Of a stretch of 25,682 nt of DNA, positions 7,394 through 16,776 are shown piece after piece. The DNA comes from a virus (lineage: Duplodnaviria; Caudoviricetes), in the IMG/VR virus record IMGVR_UViG_3300032203_000026, positions 1 through 25,682 of that record. One strand, given 5' to 3'. Positions within the stretch are counted from its first letter, which is position 1. Each line of letters starts with the position of its first letter. A program made the position numbers and the translations under genes. The notes beneath the pieces were generated by a model, which made no database searches, was not told the origin of the DNA, and saw only the letters and a program-made list of their open reading frames with translations.

Positions 7394-9015
7394 GATTACA
7401 GTTAGTAGAAAAATATTTTCAATCTCCAGAATTCCATCAAAAATTCTCTTACCGTTTGGGCACTTTACAACAAGTAGAAAGAGACCCAATTTTAAGGGAG
7501 CAATTTCTTTTTAACCGTTGGATAGTTGACCCAGTAGAATTTATTGATACTTTTGGTGTGATGTTTGACCCGAGATTGCCTCAGTATAAAGTGATACCCT
7601 TTTTCCTGTTTCCTTACCAGAAAGAAATGCTCTATCGCTTATTAGATGCTGAGCTTCAAGGAAAAGATTTACTTTTAGAAAAATCAAGAGATATGGGTTT
7701 AACGTGGGTTTTTGTTTGGTATTGCTTGTGGAGGTGGCTTTTTACCAATAACTGGGCAGCCTTGATGCTTTCTCGGAAGTTAGAAGAAGTTGACAAAAAA
7801 GGTTCTCCCAATTCTCTTTTTGGCAAACTAAGGTTTGCTTATTATTCTTTACCTGCTTGGTTGAAACCTCAATCCTTTAAAAGAAGATTTCACGATAATT
7901 TTGCTAAATTTATCAATCCAGATATGGGTTCAACGATTGAGGGAGAAACTGACAATCCTGAAGCTACTAAAGGTAGACGATATTCCTTAATGATTTTTGA
8001 TGAAATGTTTGCGATGACCTACTGGGAAGAAATCTGGTCTAATGCTGCGGATACCACCCGAACCAGGGTTGGTGTGACCACTTCCGCTCCCTCTTTTAGA
8101 GCTAAAAATTTTAGAGATTCTTTATTTGCCAAAAATCAGGTTTTAACTTTTAACTGGAAACAAAATCCTTTCAAAGATGAAATCTGGTATCAAAAAGAAT
8201 TAGAACGTAGAGAAGGCGATGAATTGGGCATTCAGACAAATTTAGATGTTTCTTACAATATTAATCCTTTGCAAAGCTATTATCCTTTAATTGCTAAATC
8301 AAAGGTTAAACCGATTAGTTATCAAGTCAATCTACCGCTTTATTGTTCTCTTGATTTTGGGGTTCAGGATAATACTGTAATTTTGTGGTGGCAGTATGAT
8401 GGGCAATGGTTTTATCTTTTAGAAGGCTTACAGGCAAAACAAAGAAGATTAGATTTTTATTTACCATTTTTAGTTCCTAATTTTACTTTAGATTATTCTT
8501 GGAAAGAGGTTTACCCTTTAGAAAGCTGGCAGAAAGTTTTAGAAAAAGTTAGAACCTGGAAAAAACCTTTAGCCTATTTTGGTGAGATTTCTCATTTTTC
8601 AAGGGTGATGCCTTCTAATACTTCTATTGCCCAAGAATTGTTTAAACTTTCCAACGGGCAAGTCCGATTACTTAAGAATAATTATGGAAATTCTTATGAA
8701 GCCAGAAAAGCTGCAGTTGACAAAATTTTACCTTTTACTATATTTAACTTAGATAGTGTATTTGCCACCAAATGTTATGATGCTATATTAAACTCAAGAT
8801 ACAAAAAAATTAGAGAAGAAGGTTCTGTTGCTTCAAAGATTACACTTTCTAAACCAGTGCATGACCCAGTTATTTCTGATTACCGGTCCGCTTTTGAAAA
8901 CATGTGCGTAAACGCAGATAAAATTGTTAAAAGGTCAATCCTTGAGACAGAAGAAAGCACTACCACCAAAATAGAGTTTTACGACAATGTTGCTCAAGTT
9001 TTTAAATTTAAATAA
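7390..9015 (+). CDS. terL: Terminase large subunit
   Basis: LFPYQ adenine-binding motif, Walker A variant EKSRDMGLTW, GRR motif, Walker B LMIFDE, nuclease motif SLDFG, C-terminal PVHD. Confidence 0.93.
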   Translation: MRLQLVEKYFQSPEFHQKFSYRLGTLQQVERDPILREQFLFNRWIVDPVEFIDTFGVMFDPRLPQYKVIPFFLFPYQKEMLYRLLDAELQGKDLLLEKSRDMGLTWVFVWYCLWRWLFTNNWAALMLSRKLEEVDKKGSPNSLFGKLRFAYYSLPAWLKPQSFKRRFHDNFAKFINPDMGSTIEGETDNPEATKGRRYSLMIFDEMFAMTYWEEIWSNAADTTRTRVGVTTSAPSFRAKNFRDSLFAKNQVLTFNWKQNPFKDEIWYQKELERREGDELGIQTNLDVSYNINPLQSYYPLIAKSKVKPISYQVNLPLYCSLDFGVQDNTVILWWQYDGQWFYLLEGLQAKQRRLDFYLPFLVPNFTLDYSWKEVYPLESWQKVLEKVRTWKKPLAYFGEISHFSRVMPSNTSIAQELFKLSNGQVRLLKNNYGNSYEARKAAVDKILPFTIFNLDSVFATKCYDAILNSRYKKIREEGSVASKITLSKPVHDPVISDYRSAFENMCVNADKIVKRSILETEESTTTKIEFYDNVAQVFKFK

Positions 9016-9017
9016 CT

Positions 9018-11090
9018 ATGCCAGAAGAAAACGAAAACCAAAATAAAATAAAACCTGAAACTCTTTTTCGCCCCTCAAAAAAAGAATTAGATTTGATTTC
9101 CAAAATTTATCAAAAATACGTTCGGTGGGCAACAGTTATCAATTCTCCTTTAGACCAGTTTAGAGGATTAACTTTAGAAAATTATCTCAAGCTTTCTCGC
9201 CAATTGTTCTGGTCAAAAACTTCGCTTCGCACGATTTTATCAGAAGATATTTTTCGGGCGGAGTTTGATTTATTTTTACCTGAGATTAGAAACAATGTTT
9301 TAGATATTGTTTCTTATCTGGTTTCTTTAAGGGTTAAACCTTCTTTCAATATTACTTTCAAAAAACTTCAAGAGATGTATCAATCAAAAGTTTTAGAAGC
9401 TATTTACACTAATTGGCGAAATGTTAGCACTGATAAAATTGAGAAATTCTGGGATTTCCTTTATATTCTCATCAATGGTTCTTTAATCAAATATGTTGGC
9501 TGGGAAGAAACAGATAAAGAAAGACTTTACTTTATTCCCTCAAAAGGAAAATTAAAGCCAAAAAAACAAAAATATTACAAGGGCGAAGTAGTTTCTCAAA
9601 GAGTTCCTTTAGAAAATGTCTATATTCCAAAAATCTGGGAGCCAGATATTAAAAAGCAAGGAGAACTTATAGTTATTGATAGAATTACTGAAGCTGAATT
9701 TAAAGAACAATATGGTCATTATGAAAAATCAAGATATGTCTATCCAGGAGCAATGCTTCATACGGAAAGCCTTTATTTTAAACTTTTGCCTTCAGTTACT
9801 ACTACCGATTTAGTAGAAATTGTTAAATACTATTCTGTCTTACAGGACCAGTTTGTTATTTTAGCAAATGGTATTTGGCTTAATCCTTTAAACAGAGAAG
9901 AAGATGTTTTTCCTCTACCTTATAACCACAAAGAACTTCCTTTTGTTAAAACTATTTTTGAACCAATAGATGATAAATTTTTCTATGGATTATCTTTACC
10001 ATTTAAATTAAAGTCTCCTCAGGAAATTTATAATGTGATGACGCAATTACTAATCTTGCGAGAAATGAAAGAAATCTCTCCACCAATTCTGACATCTGAT
10101 TTTGAAAAACCAAAACTGAGATTCGGTCCCTCAGAAGTAATACCGGTTGGAGATATTACCGCCTATAAAGAAATGTCTATTGCTCCAGCTTCGGGTAGTT
10201 TCTTTTCTGCCCTTACAATGATTAAAGGGACTCTTCAACCCCAAGCCCCGGTCGCTCCAATAATTGGTCGTCAGCCAAGAAGTGCCACTGAAAAACAATT
10301 AGAAGCTTATCGCAGAACCCAATTTTACAATAATTATGTCTTAATGATTTGGAATTTATTCTATCAAGAAGTAATATTAGTTATTAAAACTGCTTTACAA
10401 TTTTATCCGGTAAAGAAAATAAAGAAAACTCTGCCAACTGGTATTGAGAAAGATATTTATCGTTTAATTCAAATAGAAAATGCTACTTTGCCTCAAGGCG
10501 GTATTGGAAACTTAGAGGTGAGAATAGTGGAAGAACCTTCTTATTGGCAGGAGTTATCTCTAGAAGTTTTAACTCGTTCAAAGATTTCCAGAAAGGCTTT
10601 AGATATAATTGAAATTACTCCAGAGGAACTTCAAGATTTAGATTTTGTGATTACTAATATTCAAATGGAAACTGAAAATCCACCAGTTTTAGAACAAGCC
10701 CTATTTAAAGAGAAAGTTGCTTTTATCACTCAACTATTTGGTGGAATGTTATCTCCGGAGAAAGCAGCTTTGCGAACTTTTGAAGTCTTAAGAGAGTCCC
10801 CAGCTGATTGGTTGAGAGATGATGTTTTAACGAGATTATATGGTATAATAGGAGAAGAAGCAGCTCCTTTAACAGCTCCTTTGGGAACTCCTGATATGAT
10901 GGCTTTACCCCAGACTCAAAATCTTTTACAAACTTTAAGAGGTATGCAATTTGGCGCTGAAGCAAGAACTGGAAGAGAGATACCCCCAGAAGAAACTATT
11001 CCGAGAGAAGAAGCTCTTCCAAAATTTGGAACTCCAGAAGGAGGAGCACCACCATTAGAAGAATTGGCTGAAGAAACACCAACAATATGA
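9018..11090 (+). CDS. Portal protein (P22-like)
   Basis: 690 aa directly after terL; motifs RVPLENVYI, PYNHKELPF, FFYGLSL, SATE and an acidic low-complexity C-terminus typical of this portal class. Confidence 0.85.
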   Translation: MPEENENQNKIKPETLFRPSKKELDLISKIYQKYVRWATVINSPLDQFRGLTLENYLKLSRQLFWSKTSLRTILSEDIFRAEFDLFLPEIRNNVLDIVSYLVSLRVKPSFNITFKKLQEMYQSKVLEAIYTNWRNVSTDKIEKFWDFLYILINGSLIKYVGWEETDKERLYFIPSKGKLKPKKQKYYKGEVVSQRVPLENVYIPKIWEPDIKKQGELIVIDRITEAEFKEQYGHYEKSRYVYPGAMLHTESLYFKLLPSVTTTDLVEIVKYYSVLQDQFVILANGIWLNPLNREEDVFPLPYNHKELPFVKTIFEPIDDKFFYGLSLPFKLKSPQEIYNVMTQLLILREMKEISPPILTSDFEKPKLRFGPSEVIPVGDITAYKEMSIAPASGSFFSALTMIKGTLQPQAPVAPIIGRQPRSATEKQLEAYRRTQFYNNYVLMIWNLFYQEVILVIKTALQFYPVKKIKKTLPTGIEKDIYRLIQIENATLPQGGIGNLEVRIVEEPSYWQELSLEVLTRSKISRKALDIIEITPEELQDLDFVITNIQMETENPPVLEQALFKEKVAFITQLFGGMLSPEKAALRTFEVLRESPADWLRDDVLTRLYGIIGEEAAPLTAPLGTPDMMALPQTQNLLQTLRGMQFGAEARTGREIPPEETIPREEALPKFGTPEGGAPPLEELAEETPTI

Positions 11091-11455
11091 AACACTTTCT
11101 GTTAAAAATTTTTAATCTTAAAGAACTCTGGCAAGAAATACAAAAAAGAGAATTTCTTTTACCGCCTGATGTTAAAAGAAATCTTGATGAAGAAAAGATT
11201 TATTTTAGAATAAAACAGCAATTCCCCCAATTTATTGACCTTCTAAAAATAAAAGAATATAATCTAACAAGAGAGATTTTTACTGACCAAAATTTCTTAA
11301 GCGGCAGAAGATTTGAATTAAGAACTTTAATTGGAAAGTTAGAGGGAGCCTCTGAAGTTTTATCAAAAGAAGAACAAAAAAAGAGGGTTGAAGTTTTTAA
11401 GAAAATTGATGAGGGAATTTTTGAAATCCAGAAACAAATCAGTGGTAGTTCTTAA
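11087..11455 (+). CDS. Hypothetical protein following portal
   Basis: 122 aa, ATGA overlap; helical with FLSGRR motif. Confidence 0.7.
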   Translation: MKHFLLKIFNLKELWQEIQKREFLLPPDVKRNLDEEKIYFRIKQQFPQFIDLLKIKEYNLTREIFTDQNFLSGRRFELRTLIGKLEGASEVLSKEEQKKRVEVFKKIDEGIFEIQKQISGSS

Positions 11456-11456
11456 A

Positions 11457-11636
11457 ATGTCAAAGAAACAAATTTTCAAAACAAAAAAAGCGAAATTTCC
11501 CAAAATTAAAGCTCCAACAAGATTGGTTTCCTTTAAAATTAGAAAATTTACTTTTCCTAAATTAAAACCCTTAAAATTACCAAAAGTTGGAAAAGTAAAA
11601 ATTCCTAAATGCCCCCTAAGAGAATCTAATACTTGA
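11457..11636 (+). CDS. Lys/Pro-rich very basic small protein
   Basis: ATG 11457, 1 nt after the upstream stop; MSKKQIFKTKKAKFPKIKAP...PKLKPLKLPKVGKVKIPK. Confidence 0.65.
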   Translation: MSKKQIFKTKKAKFPKIKAPTRLVSFKIRKFTFPKLKPLKLPKVGKVKIPKCPLRESNT

Positions 11637-11660
11637 CAAACGTTCTTGATATAATATTAT
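11633..11660 (+). promoter_or_regulatory. Putative promoter
   Basis: TTGACA (11633-11638) with TATTAT at 16-nt spacing, and an overlapping TG-a-TATAAT (11647-11655). Confidence 0.6.
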
Positions 11661-11669
11661 TAAAATAAG

Positions 11670-11933
11670 ATGGCAAAAAATAAAAAAATTGAAATTACAA
11701 AATCAGGAGATGTCCCCAAAATAATCATTAGAAGTAATCCAGATTTTGAATTAACTGCTGATACTTTAAGATTACTTGAAAGAGTTCACGGAATGAAAAG
11801 AAAGATATTACCACCAATACCAATAGAAAGACCAGAGAAAATAACTAAACCAATATTTGATTATCCTGAACATATCTGGACAGATGAACAGAGAAGACAA
11901 CAATTATTTAGAGAAGGAAAACCAATAGAGTAA
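11670..11933 (+). CDS. Hypothetical protein
   Basis: 87-aa ORF right after the promoter. Confidence 0.6.
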   Translation: MAKNKKIEITKSGDVPKIIIRSNPDFELTADTLRLLERVHGMKRKILPPIPIERPEKITKPIFDYPEHIWTDEQRRQQLFREGKPIE

Positions 11934-11960
11934 GTTTAAAAGTGCAAATATTTGTAAATT

Positions 11961-12386
11961 ATGCCAAAAAAATTAACTGGAATTAAAATTGAATTAAAAA
12001 CAGAAGTTTCTTTAGATAAAGAAGGTAAAAAGAATTATAGCCTTCCGCCAAAGATAAAATGTCCAAAATGTAATTCCGAGATAGATTTTGGAAAAAGAGA
12101 ATTATTATTTAAACAACACGATGCGATAGCATTGATAAACTTATTAGATGGATTTGATAGCACAAAATATGGAATGTCAGATTACAAAACTTATCTCAAC
12201 ATAAGAGATAAAATAGAAGATGCTTGGAGAAAAGATGAAAATTGTTTAGAGCCAAGTTTAGACGAAGCTGTTTTCTTAAAAGAGTTTTTGGTAAACTACA
12301 AAGAAAAGAGTAAATCTGGAACTCAGATTACCCCATTTTTAATGAGGACATTAGTCAATATAGTTGAACAATTAGAGAAATTTTAA
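11961..12386 (+). CDS. Hypothetical protein
   Basis: 141-aa ORF with a single CPKC. Confidence 0.75.
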   Translation: MPKKLTGIKIELKTEVSLDKEGKKNYSLPPKIKCPKCNSEIDFGKRELLFKQHDAIALINLLDGFDSTKYGMSDYKTYLNIRDKIEDAWRKDENCLEPSLDEAVFLKEFLVNYKEKSKSGTQITPFLMRTLVNIVEQLEKF

Positions 12387-12389
12387 AAT

Positions 12390-12473
12390 TCGGGCGTTAA
12401 AGGTCGGAACATTAGTCGCCGTGATGTTCAAAAAACAAATCGGGCGTTTAATAATTATCAGTCGCCGTGATAA
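12390..12473 (+). promoter_or_regulatory. Tandem structured cis-element: two units of TCGGGCGTT followed by a hairpin with loop GTCGCCG
   Basis: Hairpin 1 GAACATTA-GTCGCCG-TGATGTTC (12407-12429); hairpin 2 TTATCA-GTCGCCG-TGATAA (12455-12473); TCGGGCGTT at 12390 and 12440. Confidence 0.7.
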
Positions 12474-12478
12474 ACAAA

Positions 12479-13015
12479 ATGGAAGAAATTGAAAAAGCCG
12501 AACAGGAACTTCTTCAGAAAAAGAAAGAAGTTGAGGATAAACTTGAACAATTTGAAGACTTAAAAGAAAAGACCGATGAAGAATTGAGAAAAATTGAAGC
12601 TTTGAGAGAAGAAAATAGAAGAATTGCTGAAAAACTTAAAGCTTCAAAACAAGCCTATTTCCAAGAAAGGCTGAATGAAGCTTATAAGAAATTGGATATT
12701 TCCGAAGAACTTCAGCAAAATCTTAATCAATACTTTGCTGATAAAGAAATTCCTGAGGAGCAGATTGAAGAAGAAATTAAAAAAGTTGTTCCTCAGTTTG
12801 ACTGGCAAGGTTATTGGGAAATGAGAAAAAAAGAGGAAGAAATAACCAAAAAGGTTATTGAAGAAGCTGGTGCTGGAGGAATTTCTGGAAAACCAATTAC
12901 TCAACAACAATACCCTGAAGAAGTTCTGAAATATGCTCAAGAACATAATCTTGAGCCAGAAAAAGCGGCAAAAATATTGGAGAAATTCTCTCAAAGAGAG
13001 AGAAAGATAGAATAA
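12479..13015 (+). CDS. Capsid scaffolding protein (putative)
   Basis: Glu/Lys-rich coiled coil, GAGG linker and short C-terminal helices, two genes before the major capsid. ATG 12479 preferred over GTG 12467. Confidence 0.7.
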   Translation: MEEIEKAEQELLQKKKEVEDKLEQFEDLKEKTDEELRKIEALREENRRIAEKLKASKQAYFQERLNEAYKKLDISEELQQNLNQYFADKEIPEEQIEEEIKKVVPQFDWQGYWEMRKKEEEITKKVIEEAGAGGISGKPITQQQYPEEVLKYAQEHNLEPEKAAKILEKFSQRERKIE

Positions 13016-13044
13016 ACTGGTCGAGTATTGTAAAATTATTTGAT

Positions 13045-13072
13045 AAAGACCTCGAGCAGAGGTCTTTTGTTT
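13045..13072 (+). terminator. Terminator-like hairpin between scaffold and capsid genes
   Basis: AAAGACCTC-GAGCA-GAGGTCTTT then TGTTT, ending just before ATG 13076; could instead be a processing or stability hairpin. Confidence 0.5.
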
Positions 13073-13075
13073 AAC

Positions 13076-13588
13076 ATGTTTAAACCTACAGTTAATTATC
13101 CCAAACACCGATTAAAGTATGTAATTCTGGATAATAGCGTGACTGTCTATATTGGAAGTGCTATTACCCCGTCTGTTACTACTACTGGAGAAAGAACAAG
13201 ATATGCCAAACCAGCTGCCACTACTAATCCAATTTTGGGTGTAGTAGTTGGATTTGCTGAAGGAGAAGGTGGAAAAGTCTATAAAGACTTTAAAGGAGCT
13301 ACTTCTGTTACTACTGCTTCTGATAATGTTACCAACAGAAAAATTGGGGTTTGGTATATTCCAGTTGCTGATGAGAATGTGGAATTTGAAGCTTTGGTTG
13401 ATGCGGATTTAGGAACTACTGCTGGTTCAACTGGCTATGGGAAATTTGCTCTGGCTAATGATAGAACCCTAGGCGAGTCTACTTATGTTGTCATCACAAC
13501 CGCAGACACAAACGTAGATTTCCGTTCTTATGGGCAATATCTTGGTAAAGCCAGAGGAGTTGTAGGTAGATTTATTAGAGTCGTATAA
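13076..13588 (+). CDS. Capsid-associated (decoration/cement-like) protein
   Basis: Thr/Gly/Val-rich beta-type protein with ILGVVVGF, immediately before the major capsid. ATG 13076 preferred over TTG 13040. Confidence 0.65.
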   Translation: MFKPTVNYPKHRLKYVILDNSVTVYIGSAITPSVTTTGERTRYAKPAATTNPILGVVVGFAEGEGGKVYKDFKGATSVTTASDNVTNRKIGVWYIPVADENVEFEALVDADLGTTAGSTGYGKFALANDRTLGESTYVVITTADTNVDFRSYGQYLGKARGVVGRFIRVV

Positions 13589-13592
13589 TAAT

Positions 13593-14654
13593 ATGCCAAA
13601 CTTTGGAACAGATTTAGATATTTTTCTACAAGGTTTATATCCTGACTTTGAGGCGATAGAAGACCAGGGACAACAGTCAATTGAACAGTTGAAAAAGGCT
13701 TTTATTGTTGGAACTGACCCAAATCTACCCACTCTCTTTACCCAAAAGTCTTACGAAAATCAGCAAATCGCCCGATTTGTTTATATTACCGGAGTAGGAG
13801 CTCTTGGTAAAAGAAATGTTGGTGGTCCTTATCCAGAAGTAGAACAGGGTAAAAGAGGTTATATCACTCAAGTAGAATTTGACCCGGCGGATGAAGATGC
13901 TGGACAAATCTCTATTCCTGACGAATTTAGAGACAGATTAAATCCAGCTGTCAGGGATAAAATTGCTACCGCTCAACAGCTAATGAACCGAGCAATCAGA
14001 GAAATCTGGAAAGGATATTTCAGCTTGTTGGAGTATGCTTTTACACCTCCTTCACAGTATCCTAAATATCTTTTCGCTCGTGGTAATTCAGCTGACAATC
14101 CAGCAGGAGCATTAAATAAACCCCTGATGTCTTCTCTTCATCCTTTGGTCAATTCTTCAGCTACTGGAGTTAATGTTTTGACTGATAGTCCAGCTCTTTC
14201 TGAAGAAGCTCTTTGGAGAGCTTTTGCCTTAGGTGGCAATATTGTAGACGATTGGAACGAGAAAATGCCCATTGGGTTTGGATTAGGTTTTACCTTAATT
14301 ATTCCCAATGACGCAGAAATGGTTCCAATTGCTCTCCAATTAGTCGGAGCGGAAAAGCAACCTTTTACCGCTGACAATAATGTTAACCTGATTAAGGGAA
14401 TTATGGGGAATGTGATTGTTTCTCAGTATCTAACTGGAAAGAAATGGTTTATTGTTCCTAACAAAGAAAGACATCCTCTTTATGGAACTGGTTTAATAGA
14501 TGTTACTTTTGTGCCCTTAACTGCTAAAGGACCAGAAGTTAACAATGACTTGGATAGTATTGTCTGGAAACTGAAGTATCAAAAGAGATGGGGTTGGTTG
14601 GACTTTCGCTACGTTTTGGGAAGTAGAGGTGACGGGGTTGCTTATAATTTGTAA
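13593..14654 (+). CDS. Major capsid protein (HK97 fold, Mu gpT-like group)
   Basis: 353 aa; KPLMSSLHP, ALSEEAL, LIIP, NNVN, VSQYLT..KWF and WGWLDFRYVLGS.G motifs; expected gene position. Confidence 0.88.
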   Translation: MPNFGTDLDIFLQGLYPDFEAIEDQGQQSIEQLKKAFIVGTDPNLPTLFTQKSYENQQIARFVYITGVGALGKRNVGGPYPEVEQGKRGYITQVEFDPADEDAGQISIPDEFRDRLNPAVRDKIATAQQLMNRAIREIWKGYFSLLEYAFTPPSQYPKYLFARGNSADNPAGALNKPLMSSLHPLVNSSATGVNVLTDSPALSEEALWRAFALGGNIVDDWNEKMPIGFGLGFTLIIPNDAEMVPIALQLVGAEKQPFTADNNVNLIKGIMGNVIVSQYLTGKKWFIVPNKERHPLYGTGLIDVTFVPLTAKGPEVNNDLDSIVWKLKYQKRWGWLDFRYVLGSRGDGVAYNL

Positions 14655-14694
14655 TTGGGATATAAGCTAAAATTGAAGATTTTTTGTAGATTAT

Positions 14695-14772
14695 CTCCTT
14701 TTCCTTGTGGGAGTTCAGTGGCTCTTTCAGGAAACCCTTTAAGTCGAAAGGGAGCTACTGACTGAGCCACTC
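14695..14772 (+). other. Structured intergenic element after the major capsid gene
   Basis: TCAGTGGCTC (14715-14724) pairs with GAGCTACTGA (14752-14761) around hairpin CCCTTT-AAGTCG-AAAGGG; alternative partner GAGCCACT (14764-14771). Confidence 0.55.
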
Positions 14773-14802
14773 TAAATAAGTTTAATTTTAAGTTCTAAAA
14801 TC

Positions 14803-15306
14803 ATGTCTAAGAAAATAATTCAGAAAAAAGGTGTTACTCACTTTTCCAGTCTTCAATTATTTGGTGTTAGGGAAAAAATTGGAGCGGAAACAGTTACCAT
14901 TGTCTTAAGAGATGAAGAAGGAAACATCCTTTTAGCTTATGGGACTACTGTGCCAACCGATGCAACTGCTGGATATGCCAAAGGATGTTTATTTATCAAA
15001 ACTGATGTTGCGACTGGAGTAAAAGGGTTATATGAAAACTTTGGCACAACTTCAAGTTGTAACTTTAGTCGTAAAGGTTTTGGATATAAGTCTGTGGCTA
15101 TTACTGTTACTGCTGGTGCGACCAGTGGCTCTTCGGCAGCAGATGCTGATTTAGTTGGTGGCGAAATATTAGGGATTTATCCTACTGGTAATCAAGACCA
15201 ACTTGTAGATAATGTTGTCTTAAATGCTAATGGTTCAATTACTGTAACTTTAGCTGCTGCTGCTACTGCTAATAATACCTTCAGAGTAGTTGTTTTAAGA
15301 GCATAA
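14803..15306 (+). CDS. Putative virion structural protein
   Basis: Ala/Thr/Gly-rich, GYAKGCLFIKTD motif, follows the capsid gene. Confidence 0.7.
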   Translation: MSKKIIQKKGVTHFSSLQLFGVREKIGAETVTIVLRDEEGNILLAYGTTVPTDATAGYAKGCLFIKTDVATGVKGLYENFGTTSSCNFSRKGFGYKSVAITVTAGATSGSSAADADLVGGEILGIYPTGNQDQLVDNVVLNANGSITVTLAAAATANNTFRVVVLRA

Positions 15307-15343
15307 AGGTCGAGAGATTATCTTAATTACTTAATTTTAGATT

Positions 15344-15598
15344 ATGAAAAAATTAAAATCTTCAATTGATTTAGAAAAGCCTTTTGCCAATGGAGTAATA
15401 GTTTCTCTTCCAGCCAATAAATGGGTTGTAGTAGAAGATAAATTAGCCGAAGAGATGAAATATATTTATCCCTTTATTGAAATGGCTGAAGCGACAGAAG
15501 AAGATTTAAAAGAAGAGATAAAAGAAATCAGCAAAGCAGTTGAGACTGGAGTAGTTGTGGAAAAACCAAAAAGAGGTCGTCCGCCTAAAAAGAAATAA
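15344..15598 (+). CDS. Small protein with a C-terminal AT-hook-like motif
   Basis: Ends in KPKRGRPPKKK. Confidence 0.7.
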   Translation: MKKLKSSIDLEKPFANGVIVSLPANKWVVVEDKLAEEMKYIYPFIEMAEATEEDLKEEIKEISKAVETGVVVEKPKRGRPPKKK

Positions 15599-15599
15599 T

Positions 15600-15977
15600 A
15601 TGGTTACTCACATTAAATTTCATCCTTATCACGGCAGAACAGATAAAGCTTCTGTCAGTCCTGTGCCGACAACAGAGACAGATTTACTTTCTGTTGAGGG
15701 AAAATTCTTGAGAGAAGCTACTCAATTAGCTTTGTATATTGATTTCGTTTTAGGTTCTTTAAGCCAAGTTGTTCTAAAAGTCTATTTTTCAGACGATGAT
15801 GGAACAACTTGGTTTTTAGTTCCTGGAGTGGATGAAGATTTAACATTTCTGGCTAATGCTAAGATAGTTTATGCTTTACCGGTTTATCCGACTACGAGAA
15901 TGAAAATAACTGTTCAGGGAACAGGAACTAATACTGGTTCAAGTATTGCGGTTAGAGTAATGAATAAGACTAACTAA
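15600..15977 (+). CDS. Putative virion structural protein (beta-sandwich)
   Basis: ATG 15600, 1 nt after the previous stop; Asp-box-like FSDDDGTTWF. Confidence 0.7.
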   Translation: MVTHIKFHPYHGRTDKASVSPVPTTETDLLSVEGKFLREATQLALYIDFVLGSLSQVVLKVYFSDDDGTTWFLVPGVDEDLTFLANAKIVYALPVYPTTRMKITVQGTGTNTGSSIAVRVMNKTN

Positions 15978-15982
15978 AATCT

Positions 15983-16747
15983 ATGTTTGGACCAATTAGG
16001 GTCTTAGACCCTCATAAAAGAGGTTTTTTTAATGGGAGATTAGCTAGAGTTAGTATTCCTTATCTTATTAGTAAAGGTTGTGTTTTGTATCTTTCTGGTG
16101 ATGCAAAAGTTGGAAATAAAATCTTAGATAGAAGTCCTTATGGAAATAATGGAGCAATAATGGGGGCATTACCTCAGATACTTGGAAGAAAGAAATTAGT
16201 TAAGTGGAGGGGTCAATTAGTAGATATTGGTGGTTCAGTTTTAAGTTTTGATGGCGTGGATGATTATGTAGATATTACCGATTTTTCACTTGGCGGTGAA
16301 GTAACTGCTCTTGGTTGGGTATATCCTACTGCGCATCAATCTTGGCAGCGGCTGTTAGATTTTGGGAATGGAGCAGGGGCGAATAATTTTTTAGTAGTAG
16401 CATCACGAGAGACAACAGGCAATCCTGCATTCCATATTTATATTGGAGACGTTCCTTATAACGCAAATTCACCTGACCCAATTTCATTAAATACTTGGCA
16501 TTTTTTGGTAGGAGTTTTAGGCGGTGGGAGAGTAAAATTGTATGTTAATAGCGTATTAAAGGCTGATGTGGCTGGACCACCAGGTCTGAATACTCTAACC
16601 AGAGTGAATAGTTGGATAGGAAGAAGTAATTGGGTAGGAGATGCTTATTTTAAAGGGATGATTGACGAAGTCTGCATTTACAACCGAGCCCTCTCCGCTG
16701 AAGAAATCCGCTATTACTACAATCTTTTAAAAAGAATTTATGTCTGA
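15983..16747 (+). CDS. LamG/concanavalin A-like domain virion protein
   Basis: DRSPYGNNG, LSFDGVDDYV, WHFLVGV, KLYVN and YFKGMIDEVCIYNRALSAEEI motifs. Confidence 0.9.
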   Translation: MFGPIRVLDPHKRGFFNGRLARVSIPYLISKGCVLYLSGDAKVGNKILDRSPYGNNGAIMGALPQILGRKKLVKWRGQLVDIGGSVLSFDGVDDYVDITDFSLGGEVTALGWVYPTAHQSWQRLLDFGNGAGANNFLVVASRETTGNPAFHIYIGDVPYNANSPDPISLNTWHFLVGVLGGGRVKLYVNSVLKADVAGPPGLNTLTRVNSWIGRSNWVGDAYFKGMIDEVCIYNRALSAEEIRYYYNLLKRIYV

Positions 16748-16776
16748 GAACCATCTTGTAAGGTAGAGATATTATA

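Noticed and set aside
12390-12473. CRISPR mini-array
   Set aside because: Only two units with short discontinuous conserved blocks, no spacer-like structure and no adjacent cas genes; the 5453/5579 repeat fails for the same reasons.
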